DNA of 64,000 nt from Candidatus Poribacteria bacterium (GTDB lineage Bacteria; Poribacteria; WGA-4E; WGA-3G). This document shows positions 42,396 through 52,835 of this stretch, piece by piece. The DNA is taken from positions 3,744,001 to 3,808,000 of the forward strand of contig CBDANF010000003.1 in the NCBI GenBank assembly GCA_965197475.1, in the 5' to 3' direction. The notes beneath the pieces were generated by a model. That model was not told the DNA's origin. It did not search any database and saw nothing but the letters and a program-made list of their open reading frames with translations. The position numbers were made by a program, and so were the translations under genes. Positions within the stretch are counted from its first letter, which is position 1; the number at the start of each line of letters is the position of its first letter.

Positions 42396-42592
42396 ATCTC
42401 TGTTTTCCTCTCCTTCAGGTTTAGCTACTCACATTTTAAAGATTTTTTTGACAGATGTCAAGAGGAAAAGTAGTAGATGGTTGCAGATAAGTGTGAGAAA
42501 AGCTGTGAACAGTGATATAATTCTTACATAAACGTGAGATCAACTTAAGTGCGTAGCAAATCAACATTGAATGCGGTTACGGCACGCAGAGC

Positions 42593-43273
42593 ATGCCTAC
42601 TACTTTGCATAAGGATAAAAATCGCTTGAAAGATTATCCGATCACAAACACTGCTATTTCGTTAGGGAATGAAACGATTCAACTGACGATTGTAGATAAC
42701 CCTGACCGTTTCTTGGATAAATTGAGTCGAGAAGATTGTGACGGCACACTCTATTTACCTTATTGGACGTATCTCTGGGAGTCTGCTATCGCTTTAGCGC
42801 GGCACGTATCGGAATTGGAGGGAACACTCTCGGGTCAACATATACTTGAGATCGGTTGCGGTTTTGGACTCGCTGGAATTGTCGCATGTAAAGCGGGTAG
42901 TAAAGTTGTTTTTACAGACTTTGAACATGACGCACTTCAATTTGCATTGCACAATTCGCAACAAAACGGCATCGATTTTGCGGTTTTTGTCCAGATGGAT
43001 TGGAACGCACCATGCTTTCAAAGCAAATTTGACGTTATCCTCGCTTCAGATGTGATATATGAGGAACAAAATTGGCAACCGATTTTAGGTTTACTTCAGA
43101 ATCTACTTACTACTGACGGTATCGCTATTTTTTCTGAACCGAATAGAAAAAATGCAGATGGATTTCTCAAATGCATCCGTGAAAACGGATTTACTTTTGA
43201 AAAATCCACCTGCTCAATTTCCTTGGATCAAAAGACAACTGAAATAAATATTTATACGATTAAGCGGGTTTAA
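42593..43273 (+). CDS. Class I SAM-dependent methyltransferase (Methyltransf_16-like)
   Basis: PYW..LWESA, LEIGCGFGL, DVILASDVIY; true start may be TTG 42626 because the ATG lies inside a REP. Confidence 0.88.
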   Translation: MPTTLHKDKNRLKDYPITNTAISLGNETIQLTIVDNPDRFLDKLSREDCDGTLYLPYWTYLWESAIALARHVSELEGTLSGQHILEIGCGFGLAGIVACKAGSKVVFTDFEHDALQFALHNSQQNGIDFAVFVQMDWNAPCFQSKFDVILASDVIYEEQNWQPILGLLQNLLTTDGIAIFSEPNRKNADGFLKCIRENGFTFEKSTCSISLDQKTTEINIYTIKRV

Positions 43274-43290
43274 TGAGAAGGATTTTGGAA

Positions 43291-45480
43291 CTACTCTTGC
43301 GGCTGCTTAGGTGGATGTATTTCATAACATGTTCCCTTGTAGCAAACGATCACATGCTTTCCGATTGAAAGATATTTTGCCAATTCAGTCTCTTTCGTAA
43401 GCAACTCAAAATAGGCATCACTTCCGAATTCTATCTTCGTTGTGTCGGTTTCCGATTTGTGTGTACTATCCACCCAGACTTTTTCACGGAGATGAAAGGT
43501 CTTGTTTTTGACGTTTTTAATAGTGATAACCGAATCTGCAACTTGTTCTTGCGTCCGAAGTTGCTGTAGTGCTTTGCTTGTTTCGACTTTTGCGACTTCT
43601 GGAGCGCGTTTTGGTAGTGCTTTGCTTGTTTCTTCGCCTTCTGAAGCACTATACTCAGATATTTTTGGAGCGGGTCTCATTGCTGCTCGTGGTATTGATC
43701 TTCCCCCTCCCGCTCTTGCGGCTGAATCTGAACTGAGTACGGATTCCTCTTCGGTAACAAGAAATGAGGTGTATGGGGTCATAATTCCGTATTTTTCACT
43801 GAGACGCACAATTTCGTCAATCAATTCTTTGTTTTTACCGTTGAGCCTAACTTCGTCAACGAGATATGCCACCTTGCGCTGTGCCCACAACCTCGGCAGA
43901 AATTGATGATCCGATTCCTGTCTTGGGAACTTTGCCGTGTTAGAGAATTCCTGTTGTTTGCCGTTGATGTCTCCGCGTAGGGTCATCTTTGTTTTTCCGC
44001 TTCCCGCATACCTGCCAAGTACTGTCAACTGTGAACCGCGAAACAGATGTGGCAGTTTCTGTGGATAGAGGTTTTTGGTTTTGATGTTCTGGATATTCAA
44101 AGCCAAATTGACGAGAACAGGTTCACTTACCTTCGTGAAGAAAGCGGATACGGCAACTTCTAAGTTCTCTTGTGGTTTAACATATTGACGGGTGCCGCCA
44201 TTTTGCTCAGCCATTTTATCGAGCAAATTGACGTTGACATCGTAGCCTACACCAAACACAAAGACACGGGATTTATCATCGTTTGCGCCAGAGACGTTCT
44301 TGAGAATTCGTGCGGTATCTGTTTCACCGACGGTTGCTTCCCCGTCAGTTAAGAAAATAACAATGCGTGGCCGCTTCGTATCTGGTTTATCGGCTAAAGC
44401 AGCGAGCAAAGCGTCATTGATATTTGTGCCGCCGTTTCCCGCAATATCGTCAATGAAAGTAAGCGCGTTTTCACGCGCCTGTTTCACTGAAACTAAATTT
44501 TCAGAGAACGGCTCAACATCTGTATTGAATAGGATCAGGTTAAATCGGTCTTTATCGTTTAGATTGTTTACGCAAAAGCGGAGTGCTTTTTTCGCCTGTT
44601 CTATTTTTGGTCCTTTCATACTCCCAGAACGGTCAAGGATAAAGATGAAATCCTTCTCAATAATATCCTTCTTCTTCACCTCATATTTTGGGGAGATCAG
44701 AAGCATAAAAAAGCCGTCTTCGTCAACATCGTCGCGATGGGTAATCAGGTCAATACCGAAATCTTTGTCGGAAAGGGAATAGTAGCAGGTGAAATCGCGT
44801 TTTACGTGGACGTTTGTGCCTTCATAACTGATGTTAGCACGATGATCGTTTTTGCGGTTGACTGCTACCTCATGTGATGGTGAATAGATTGTTTTAAGCG
44901 CGTGTTGGCTTTTAAGGTCGATTGAAACTGCGAGACTCCCTACGGGTTGGTGGGTAAATTTGTCGGTTCGCAGCGGGTAGGTATACTTGGCGAGACCAGA
45001 ATCCACATCAATAATCTGTGAGTATTCAAGTTGGATACGTCTTTCCCCGTTGGGCGGGATGGGGAACACCCTTGCTTGAAAAGCACGAGTGCCAACATAC
45101 TCAAGAAGTGCTGGGTCTTGCATGGAACGGACAATGCCTTCGTAGATATTACGCGCCCTGTCTTTCGCAAGCAATTCCGCTTTGACCGGCTTTCCATCTA
45201 TGTATAGCACGAAATCTGAAACGGCTACATCATCTTCAAGTGGGAAAAGATATGTGCCTTCAAGTTGTAAGTTGTTTGGGTTGGCAAAAATCTGATCAAT
45301 TTTCGTTGTTGCAAGTTGGTTGTCAATAGAGACGTTCACATGGTGTTTTTCAATTCTTAGGGTTTCAATTCGCGAGACGTTGTTTGTACGTGTGACAATG
45401 ATGCCTTGTGCCTGCACGAATTGGGCAAATCCTATAAAGAACAGGATTAACAACGCCGCTGGAAAATGTAGTCTTTTCAT
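43291..45480 (-). CDS. Secreted VIT + von Willebrand A protein (inter-alpha-trypsin-inhibitor-like)
   Basis: GGAGG RBS, ATG 45480, signal peptide; VIT (LEGTYLFP..DPALLE); MIDAS DRSGSM, FLTDG; RLWAQRK, TPYTSFLV. Confidence 0.92.
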   Translation of the reverse strand: MKRLHFPAALLILFFIGFAQFVQAQGIIVTRTNNVSRIETLRIEKHHVNVSIDNQLATTKIDQIFANPNNLQLEGTYLFPLEDDVAVSDFVLYIDGKPVKAELLAKDRARNIYEGIVRSMQDPALLEYVGTRAFQARVFPIPPNGERRIQLEYSQIIDVDSGLAKYTYPLRTDKFTHQPVGSLAVSIDLKSQHALKTIYSPSHEVAVNRKNDHRANISYEGTNVHVKRDFTCYYSLSDKDFGIDLITHRDDVDEDGFFMLLISPKYEVKKKDIIEKDFIFILDRSGSMKGPKIEQAKKALRFCVNNLNDKDRFNLILFNTDVEPFSENLVSVKQARENALTFIDDIAGNGGTNINDALLAALADKPDTKRPRIVIFLTDGEATVGETDTARILKNVSGANDDKSRVFVFGVGYDVNVNLLDKMAEQNGGTRQYVKPQENLEVAVSAFFTKVSEPVLVNLALNIQNIKTKNLYPQKLPHLFRGSQLTVLGRYAGSGKTKMTLRGDINGKQQEFSNTAKFPRQESDHQFLPRLWAQRKVAYLVDEVRLNGKNKELIDEIVRLSEKYGIMTPYTSFLVTEEESVLSSDSAARAGGGRSIPRAAMRPAPKISEYSASEGEETSKALPKRAPEVAKVETSKALQQLRTQEQVADSVITIKNVKNKTFHLREKVWVDSTHKSETDTTKIEFGSDAYFELLTKETELAKYLSIGKHVIVCYKGTCYEIHPPKQPQE

Positions 45481-45561
45481 GGAAAACCTCCGTTGTATGT
45501 GAAAACGTTGCATTTATCGGATTTCTTGAAAATGTTGTAAGGACGCGCCAATCGCTAAAAA

Positions 45562-45588
45562 TAGACGCGCCAATTGAGAATTACTTTC
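45562..45588 (-). promoter_or_regulatory. Possible ECF-type promoter GAAAG-N16-CGTCTA overlapping an 11-bp direct repeat
   Basis: Minus-strand gaaagtaattctcaattggcgcgtcta; GACGCGCCAAT at 45542 and 45564. Confidence 0.4.
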
Positions 45589-45608
45589 GTCCTACAAGAT
45601 AAACGGCA

Positions 45609-47882
45609 TTAACTTGCTTGTGCTTCAGCCTTGTCTTTTAATTCACGTGCTTTACGCACAAGATGGAACAGTTCTTTTTTCTGCTCCTCGTGCTGTGGTA
45701 TTTTGGCTTGGATGTTCGGCAGGATACCTTTAAGCGTTCGTTGTACTGCACTTAAACTATCATCCTTTGCCCAATAACTTTCCCGTAGGATTTCAGCAAA
45801 TTGCGCCACTGCAGCAGCAAACTGAAAATCTGGGGAAGCATCTTCAAATTTACCTTTAATATCTTCAACGAGAAGTTTTTCACTGACTTCCGTAACCTTT
45901 GCTGTATCGGGGTCTTCATGTCTGATATAGACGGTGGCGAGTTTGCCTTGGTCCACACCTTTGTTGAGTTTGATTTCATAAAGAGCAGTAACGCTGTGTC
46001 CCGAACCGATTTCACCTGCATCCGCATCGTCGTTACGGAAATCTTCATGATCCATTCTGCGATTTTCGTATCCTAACAATCGGAATCGACTGACCGTTTT
46101 CTCGTTAAACTCAACCTGAATTTTAGCATCTTTAGCAATTACTTGCAACGTACCAGTCAGATTTTCGACAAAGATACGTTTCGCCTCTTTGAGTGTGTCA
46201 ACATAAGCATAATTCCCGTTGCCTTTCTTGGCAAGTTCCTCCATCAGAACATCGTTGTAATTTCCCATGCCGAAACCGATTGTGGTCAAGAAAATTCCAT
46301 CGTCAACATAATCTCGAATTTCTTTGAGGAGCGATTCAGGTGCAGTTTGACCGGAGTTCGCAACACCATCTGAACAGAGAATAACACGGTTGATGCAATC
46401 AGTCTGTGCGTTCCTGCTCGCAAGTTCGTAGGCCTGCTGAAGTCCGTCTTCAAGATTCGTCACACCTTCTGGACATAGCGAATCGATTTTTTCCAATATG
46501 TGATCGCGATTCACATTGCTGGTATGCGGGAGGACGACCCGTGCATCGGTACCGTACACAACAATGCCTATCTTGTCGGTGGGACGGAGTTGGTCCACTA
46601 AAAGTCGCAATGCCTTCTTCACAAGTTCTAACCGACTTTCCATCTGCATTGAACCAGAGACATCAATTACAAAAGTGAGGACTGCATCTTTACGGTCAGT
46701 GTCTGGGATGACATGCCCTTGAATTCCGATATGCAGCAACTGAAGCCGTTTGCCCGTGCCAAATTTTGAAGGTGCGCCTTCAAGATGCACAGCAAAGGCT
46801 GCGTCCGTTGGGGGTGTATAGTCATAATCAAAAGTGTTGATAAATTCCTCAACCCTTACTGCCTCTGGTGGCGGGAGATGTTCGTCTCGGAGATAGCGGC
46901 GCGTCACGGCATAGGAAGCAGAATCAGCATCCATGCCGAATGTTGAAAGGTTATCATCTTCCGTATCAATAAATGGATTGGTTCCGTGTCCCTTGAAGAA
47001 CACATCGTGATAAGCTGCCCCATTTGGCGGATTTAATCCAAATCCCCACGATAAGTTTCTTTTCAACTGCCTCATTTCCCCAAGTCTTTGCGCTCCTCTG
47101 TGGAGAGAGGTCTGCTCTCTAACAGCAGTAGGGGTAGCAAGTTTATTAATAGACATTGATAAAACATCTGAAACTTCCATTTGTTCCTCAAAATTGAGCA
47201 GTTCAACTCCATCGGAATCGTGACTGGTGAAGGAATAGGAACACACGAAATCCTTATCTAACTTAACATCAGTTGCTTGGTAGGTGATACGTGCAAGAGA
47301 ACCACTTTCTTGGTCAATCCTGACGTCATGCGAAAGAGACTCTATTGTCCCAATAGCATGTTTACCTTCAATTGCTATTGACATCGCGAGACTACCAATA
47401 GGTTGGTTGGATCGCAAATGGTGGGTGTACACGAAGTTTTCATCAACCGCCTCAACACATTCATTATAACGAATCTGAACCTTGCACTCATCACCAGCGA
47501 GGATTGACAACACTTCTACCTTCAGTGCTGAACTGCCAATTTCCTGTAGAATTTGGGTGTCCTGTGCTTGGAGGACGCTTTTATAGAATTTCGCTAAACT
47601 ATTTTTTCCGAGGAAGTCCGGTTCTACCAAATTACCATCAGTGCGAATATCAACATCTACGGTGTCTGCACCATCAGGCAGCGGGAAAATAAATATACCT
47701 TCAATGGGAAAGTCGTTAGGATTAGTAAAAACGACCTCAACATCTGTTGTTGCTTGTTGATTTTCTATTGAAACATTAGCAAGATAATGCTTGATAATTA
47801 GATTTTCAAATTGACGTACTTCGTCTAAGCGGGGAACGAAAAGGCTTCGTGCCAATGTGTAGAAACCTGATTTTTTCATCAT
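45609..47882 (-). CDS. VIT domain fused to YfbK-type vWA module (vWF_A + VWA + DUF3520-like)
   Basis: N-terminal VIT (IEGIFIFPLP); STFGMDADSASY, AVRVEEFIN, DVSGSM, RLLGYENR, DAGEIGSGHSVTALYE. Confidence 0.9.
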   Translation of the reverse strand: MMKKSGFYTLARSLFVPRLDEVRQFENLIIKHYLANVSIENQQATTDVEVVFTNPNDFPIEGIFIFPLPDGADTVDVDIRTDGNLVEPDFLGKNSLAKFYKSVLQAQDTQILQEIGSSALKVEVLSILAGDECKVQIRYNECVEAVDENFVYTHHLRSNQPIGSLAMSIAIEGKHAIGTIESLSHDVRIDQESGSLARITYQATDVKLDKDFVCSYSFTSHDSDGVELLNFEEQMEVSDVLSMSINKLATPTAVREQTSLHRGAQRLGEMRQLKRNLSWGFGLNPPNGAAYHDVFFKGHGTNPFIDTEDDNLSTFGMDADSASYAVTRRYLRDEHLPPPEAVRVEEFINTFDYDYTPPTDAAFAVHLEGAPSKFGTGKRLQLLHIGIQGHVIPDTDRKDAVLTFVIDVSGSMQMESRLELVKKALRLLVDQLRPTDKIGIVVYGTDARVVLPHTSNVNRDHILEKIDSLCPEGVTNLEDGLQQAYELASRNAQTDCINRVILCSDGVANSGQTAPESLLKEIRDYVDDGIFLTTIGFGMGNYNDVLMEELAKKGNGNYAYVDTLKEAKRIFVENLTGTLQVIAKDAKIQVEFNEKTVSRFRLLGYENRRMDHEDFRNDDADAGEIGSGHSVTALYEIKLNKGVDQGKLATVYIRHEDPDTAKVTEVSEKLLVEDIKGKFEDASPDFQFAAAVAQFAEILRESYWAKDDSLSAVQRTLKGILPNIQAKIPQHEEQKKELFHLVRKARELKDKAEAQAS

Positions 47883-48034
47883 GATCTCCTTTATTTTTTT
47901 AGTTTTGGGTTTACTTGATTAGTGAGTTGCTCTACTAAATTAGCGAAGGTTAGAGTCGCTTGACACAGGTTATTGAATTGCGCCATCAACACACCATGGA
48001 ATGAGAAGGTGCATCTCAACTCTACACGTTTGTT

Positions 48035-48061
48035 TAGACGTTTAAGTAAGAAAAAAGTTTA
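48035..48061 (-). promoter_or_regulatory. Putative ECF-type promoter TAAAC-N16-CGTCTA
   Basis: Minus-strand taaacttttttcttacttaaacgtcta, about 150 nt upstream of 47882. Confidence 0.55.
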
Positions 48062-48091
48062 ATATTTCAGGTCAGCGAAAACTCATACTTG

Positions 48092-50668
48092 CTATTCGGA
48101 TTGTAATTTGACAAGTGTGTCCCGAGCATGCATTCGGGTTGAAGAATCATTTGCATATAAATCCTTTTTAATATAGTGGACTCCAGATCTGTCACCACGA
48201 TATGCAAGTTCATAAGCAGCGGCGCGTTGAATAATGAGATTTTCGTGTTTCAGCAATTCCTTTAAACCGCTAAGCATTGCTGCTTTTTCTCGAATAATTG
48301 CCCAATTTAGAAATAAATCGTAGTTTTTAGCATAGAACCGAGGATTTCTCAGGTTGTGCAATCGTGTGGTAATTCGCTCTTTTCGCGGATATAGACTATT
48401 AAGTATCCAAACCCCTTTCTCACGTTTGTCCTTTTGCCAGTGTCGCAGTTTGCGATATGCCACCTTTTTGAACCATTCAACACCACTATTGTCACCAAGT
48501 TGTTGAAGCGCAAGGGCAGCTTTTTCTGGCAGTCCATAATTACCTGGACAGAAAGCGATTTGTCGGAGAGGTTCAATAGCGCGTGCGTCACCACTTGTGC
48601 CTAATGCTTCTATACAATCGTGTATAGTTTGATATCCTATATTGAGCATTTCAATCCATGTCGGTACTAGATCAGGATCAGAAAACTTCAGTAACGCATC
48701 ACCTGCAGCGGTTCGGACCATTTGACGCGAATGATCAAGGTCTTCATCTTTTATCAGCGCAAGTTTTTTCAGAGTCGGAATTGCTTCAGGCTTCCGTAAT
48801 TCACCTAACAAGCCACAAGTATTGGCTATTTCTCTGCTATTTTCCTCTGTAATCAATTCAGGATCTATGCTTGCAATCATCTGATTGAACTTGTCAACAG
48901 GAGGCGGTTCAATATTGAAATGCATTTTGGGGGAGATGAGGGTATATGGCCATGCAAAAAAACTGGGTTTTATTTGTAGATTGAGTGGTATCCTTCTGTC
49001 AAATGTTGGGAACGTAGATGGCAGGATTAATCCACCCTTTCTTTGTGAGACCCGTAATTGTACAGTGTAACGACCTGGTTGCCGTAGTTTATAATATTTT
49101 GTAAAGAGAATTGTCCCAGTTATTTCATCATCGGGTTGTAGTGTTTGGAAATCATTTAATGTTAATGGAGCAAGTTTTGCTATTGGACCAATATATTTGG
49201 CGAAGGTTCCATCCGGTTGTTGAATTTCTAACTTTAAAAAAGTTGACTTAAGTGTTTTATATAAGGCAATTTTAATGGGATGATCACTAATATTTGTGAT
49301 GCGATAAGTTAATGAAATAGGTTGTCCATAATCATATCGTTCCTTGCTCAATTCAATTCCAAGTTCCAACTGTGGTTTATCATGTAGAATGTCATATACC
49401 ATGTGTGCGGCATTCTGAGTACTTCCTTTAGCCTCCTCTGTGAGTTTTTTCAATGCTGGTGCCATAACGGTAAGGTTCATTCGTCGAATAAGATCAATTG
49501 TCAAAAGTCTCACCTCAAGATCGGTATCAGCAAGTAATAACAGCATGTGTTCAAAGATCTCTGCTTTCCATGAACTCCCATATTGCAATAGTGCTTGAAT
49601 AGCTTCCGTGCGAAGCGTGAAAGATTCATCTAATGCCAATGATGTAACTGCATCAATCGCAGCTGAACTGTTATACGTTGCTAAAACTCTTAAAGCCATT
49701 GAATTTGGTTTCTGCCGCACAATTTTCAATAGAGATTCAAAACCTTTTTCTCCCATATTTCCCAAAGCACGTGCCATTGCAGCTTGGAGGTTAGAATCAT
49801 CTGTTTCAAGAATAACTTTCTCGTAGACAGGAATAAATGCGGGATCCGTTTGATTTCCAAGTATGTCGAAAATTGCCCATCGCATGTATGAAGATTTATT
49901 AGATTTAAGCTGTTCTAATTTCTCTAATAGTGGTTGTACAATTGAAGGGTCCGATTGTGAGAATGCGTTTATGATTTTTATTGATAAGTTACTGTGTTTA
50001 ATAAGATAATTGAGTAAGACAGGAAGTGCTCTAACATCTCCAATATTGGCAAGTTTTTCTGCGACTTTTTCTTTTTCCTGCCATTGATATTTCAAGGCAT
50101 CATATTTTTTAAGAAGAGCAGGAACTACGCTTTTTTGTTTAAAATCTGCCAATATAGAAGCAATATACCACCTAATATTCTGATCTATTTTTGGGTCCTC
50201 AAATCTCTTAACCAGTCTTGGAATAACTCTTTCATCCCCAAGGTGTATCAGCATATTTTGGGCAATGTCTTGTCTCTCAACATCATTCAGGAATTGAACC
50301 ATCAACTGTCGAGCATACTCCGCATCTACACTCGCGATTAAGCTCGCAGCATTACCACAAATTAAACTATCTTCATTTGTTAGAAATAATTCGGTAAGTG
50401 CTGATAAGACGTGTGTATCTGCGTAAAATCTATCCAAAAAATAGTGCGCATGCCACCGCGCATGTTCATTTTCATCTGCAAGTACTTGGACTAAAAACGG
50501 AGCGGCCTTATCACCCATTAGGGCAAGGTCATATCCACCATCTCCAAGCCAAACATCCCAGTCCGGTGTTCGTAATTTTTCGAGTGTGTCAAGTTCTGCA
50601 GCTGTACTGCCACACATCGCAACAATGAATAGGCAAATGAGCCACGTTGTTCTGTATTTCATAGACAT
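48092..50668 (-). CDS. Secreted HEAT-repeat protein with central Ig-like domain
   Basis: Signal peptide; repeated ALG..GD.RA..PL; beta-rich YGQPISLTYRITN...PGRYTVQ insert. Confidence 0.85.
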   Translation of the reverse strand: MSMKYRTTWLICLFIVAMCGSTAAELDTLEKLRTPDWDVWLGDGGYDLALMGDKAAPFLVQVLADENEHARWHAHYFLDRFYADTHVLSALTELFLTNEDSLICGNAASLIASVDAEYARQLMVQFLNDVERQDIAQNMLIHLGDERVIPRLVKRFEDPKIDQNIRWYIASILADFKQKSVVPALLKKYDALKYQWQEKEKVAEKLANIGDVRALPVLLNYLIKHSNLSIKIINAFSQSDPSIVQPLLEKLEQLKSNKSSYMRWAIFDILGNQTDPAFIPVYEKVILETDDSNLQAAMARALGNMGEKGFESLLKIVRQKPNSMALRVLATYNSSAAIDAVTSLALDESFTLRTEAIQALLQYGSSWKAEIFEHMLLLLADTDLEVRLLTIDLIRRMNLTVMAPALKKLTEEAKGSTQNAAHMVYDILHDKPQLELGIELSKERYDYGQPISLTYRITNISDHPIKIALYKTLKSTFLKLEIQQPDGTFAKYIGPIAKLAPLTLNDFQTLQPDDEITGTILFTKYYKLRQPGRYTVQLRVSQRKGGLILPSTFPTFDRRIPLNLQIKPSFFAWPYTLISPKMHFNIEPPPVDKFNQMIASIDPELITEENSREIANTCGLLGELRKPEAIPTLKKLALIKDEDLDHSRQMVRTAAGDALLKFSDPDLVPTWIEMLNIGYQTIHDCIEALGTSGDARAIEPLRQIAFCPGNYGLPEKAALALQQLGDNSGVEWFKKVAYRKLRHWQKDKREKGVWILNSLYPRKERITTRLHNLRNPRFYAKNYDLFLNWAIIREKAAMLSGLKELLKHENLIIQRAAAYELAYRGDRSGVHYIKKDLYANDSSTRMHARDTLVKLQSE

Positions 50669-50777
50669 CTCCGTTATGTTGCTGGATCTGTTTCTTAAGA
50701 ATACCGAAAAACATCTTTAGAATCAAGGGCGATTTTGCTTGCAGTAAATGCGAAAACGAAATCGCCCTGTAAAAAGA

Positions 50778-52667
50778 TTATCCCTCTTTCTGTTCCTTCA
50801 AGCGGCGCGCCTCACGAACAAGGTTTAACAGTTCTTCTTTGCGCTGTTTGTGTTGAGGCGTTTTTGAGTGGATATTCGGTAGAACACCTTCAATCGTCTG
50901 TTGGACAGATGCCATACTCCCTTCTTTTGCCCAAAAACTTTCCCGAAGGATTTCAGCAAATTCCGCTACAGCTGCGACAAGCTGGTATTCAGAAGATGTA
51001 TCTGCAAACGCCTCTTTTAGTTGATTCGTGGAAATTGTCTCACTAACCTCTGTAACACGTTGTGTATCGGGGTCTTCGTGTCTAATAAAGACGGTGGCGA
51101 GTTTGCCATCAGCATTTTCGTGGAGTTTAATCTCATAGAGCGCGGTTACACTATGCCCTGAACCGATTTCACCCGCATCCACATCGTCTTTTCGGAAATC
51201 TTCGTGTGCAAGGGATCGATTCTCATAACCGAGGAGTCGAAAACGACTGACAGTTTTCGAATTGAACTCAACCTGAATTTTGGCATCTTTGGCAATAACT
51301 TGCAGCGTGCCTGTCAGATTTTCTACAAAGACGCGTTTTGCCTCTTTGAGCGTATCGACGTAGGCGTAACTGCCGTTGCCTTTGTTGGCAAGTTGTTCCA
51401 TCAGAACGTCGTTGTAATTTCCCATGCCGAAGCCAACTGTAGTAAGTGTTACACCTTCCTTGAGATATGTGTTTATCTCTTTAAGAATTGCATCTGGACC
51501 TGTTTGTCCCACGTTTGCTACACCATCCGAACAGAGAACTACGCGGTTGATGCAGTCAGATTTTGAATTCTTTAGCGCGAGTTTGTATCCCATCCGAAGC
51601 CCTGCCTCAGCATTCGTTGATCCATCTGGGTGAAGTTTATTGATAGCTTGTAAGATATGTTCACGATTTTCAATACCAGTGTGTGGAAGCACGACACGTG
51701 CATTAGATCCGTAAACAACGATACCGACCGCATCCCCAGGACGGAGTTGATCAAGTAGAAGTGCTAATGCTTTTTTTACTAACTCCAACCTGTTTTCACG
51801 TTCCATTGAACCGGAGACATCAATCACAAAAGTAAGTATTGCGTCTTTGCGGTCATTGTCTGAGATGACGCGACCTTGAATGCCGATTCGCAACAATTGA
51901 AGCCGTTTACCTTCACCAAATTTTGAAGGTGCGCCTTCAATATGAACGGCGAATGCTTCTTCGGATGGAGGTTTATAGTTGTAATCAAACGCGTTAACAA
52001 ATTCTTCAACGCGTACTGCATCTGATGGTGGAAGGATCCCATCACGGAGATAACGCCGCATTACAGAGTATGAAGCGGTATCTACATCCATACCAAAGGT
52101 TGAGAAATTGTCGTCTTCTGTATCAATAAATGGATTGGTGCCATGGTTTTTATAGAAAACATCGTCATAAGCAGCACCGTTTGGTGGATTTAGTTGCGAT
52201 GCTGGCATAGCACCTTGTAGTGCTGCTATTTGTGGCGCACGTGTAGGTAGAACTTTGGCTTGATCACTACTTTTTGGGATATAACCGCTATAATCGGATA
52301 TTGCCGATTTAGCTTCGTCTGTAGCCACTTTGACTTGAACACTACTTCCGGCGGCACCTCTCACGGTGGCAGGTGCACTTGAAGCAGGCCCAGAAAAAGC
52401 TAAGGACGATGACTTATTGGATATAGGTTGATTAGTATGGGTGACCACCGTTGGCAATGGAGCATTTGGTGGACTCATTATAGATTTGACAATTGGTTTA
52501 CGCAGCTTTGCTTTCGGTGCTTCTGGAGCTGAAAATGTATCTAAACGAACAAGGTCTTTCAACACTAGTGTTTCTTGGTTCGTTAAATGAAATCCGATGA
52601 AAAACACAACGATGAAATGGAACACTAACGAAATTAAAAGTGCTCCTGAAAATCTTTTGATACGCAT
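50778..52667 (-). CDS. Membrane-anchored YfbK-type vWA protein
   Basis: GGAGG RBS, ATG 52667; TonB-like anchor SLVFH; low-complexity linker; vWA module highly similar to 45609-47040. Confidence 0.9.
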   Translation of the reverse strand: MRIKRFSGALLISLVFHFIVVFFIGFHLTNQETLVLKDLVRLDTFSAPEAPKAKLRKPIVKSIMSPPNAPLPTVVTHTNQPISNKSSSLAFSGPASSAPATVRGAAGSSVQVKVATDEAKSAISDYSGYIPKSSDQAKVLPTRAPQIAALQGAMPASQLNPPNGAAYDDVFYKNHGTNPFIDTEDDNFSTFGMDVDTASYSVMRRYLRDGILPPSDAVRVEEFVNAFDYNYKPPSEEAFAVHIEGAPSKFGEGKRLQLLRIGIQGRVISDNDRKDAILTFVIDVSGSMERENRLELVKKALALLLDQLRPGDAVGIVVYGSNARVVLPHTGIENREHILQAINKLHPDGSTNAEAGLRMGYKLALKNSKSDCINRVVLCSDGVANVGQTGPDAILKEINTYLKEGVTLTTVGFGMGNYNDVLMEQLANKGNGSYAYVDTLKEAKRVFVENLTGTLQVIAKDAKIQVEFNSKTVSRFRLLGYENRSLAHEDFRKDDVDAGEIGSGHSVTALYEIKLHENADGKLATVFIRHEDPDTQRVTEVSETISTNQLKEAFADTSSEYQLVAAVAEFAEILRESFWAKEGSMASVQQTIEGVLPNIHSKTPQHKQRKEELLNLVREARRLKEQKEG

Positions 52668-52712
52668 TGTTCTTACCTCCAAGGAATATCATAAGCATTA
52701 TGCAAACATGTT

Positions 52713-52729
52713 AGCAATTTACGTGCCAA
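52713..52729 (-). promoter_or_regulatory. Sigma54 (-24/-12) promoter
   Basis: Minus-strand TTGGCACGTAAATTGCT matches TGGCACG-N4-TTGCW, 45 nt upstream of ATG 52667. Confidence 0.8.
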
Positions 52730-52835
52730 TTCCATGATCGCTAATTACAAGCGTTTTTCCTACATAACAATCAGAATTATGCACCAAATGGGGCAAATTT
52801 AACGTCATGCTGCACGAAAAAGGGCAACCATTCTA

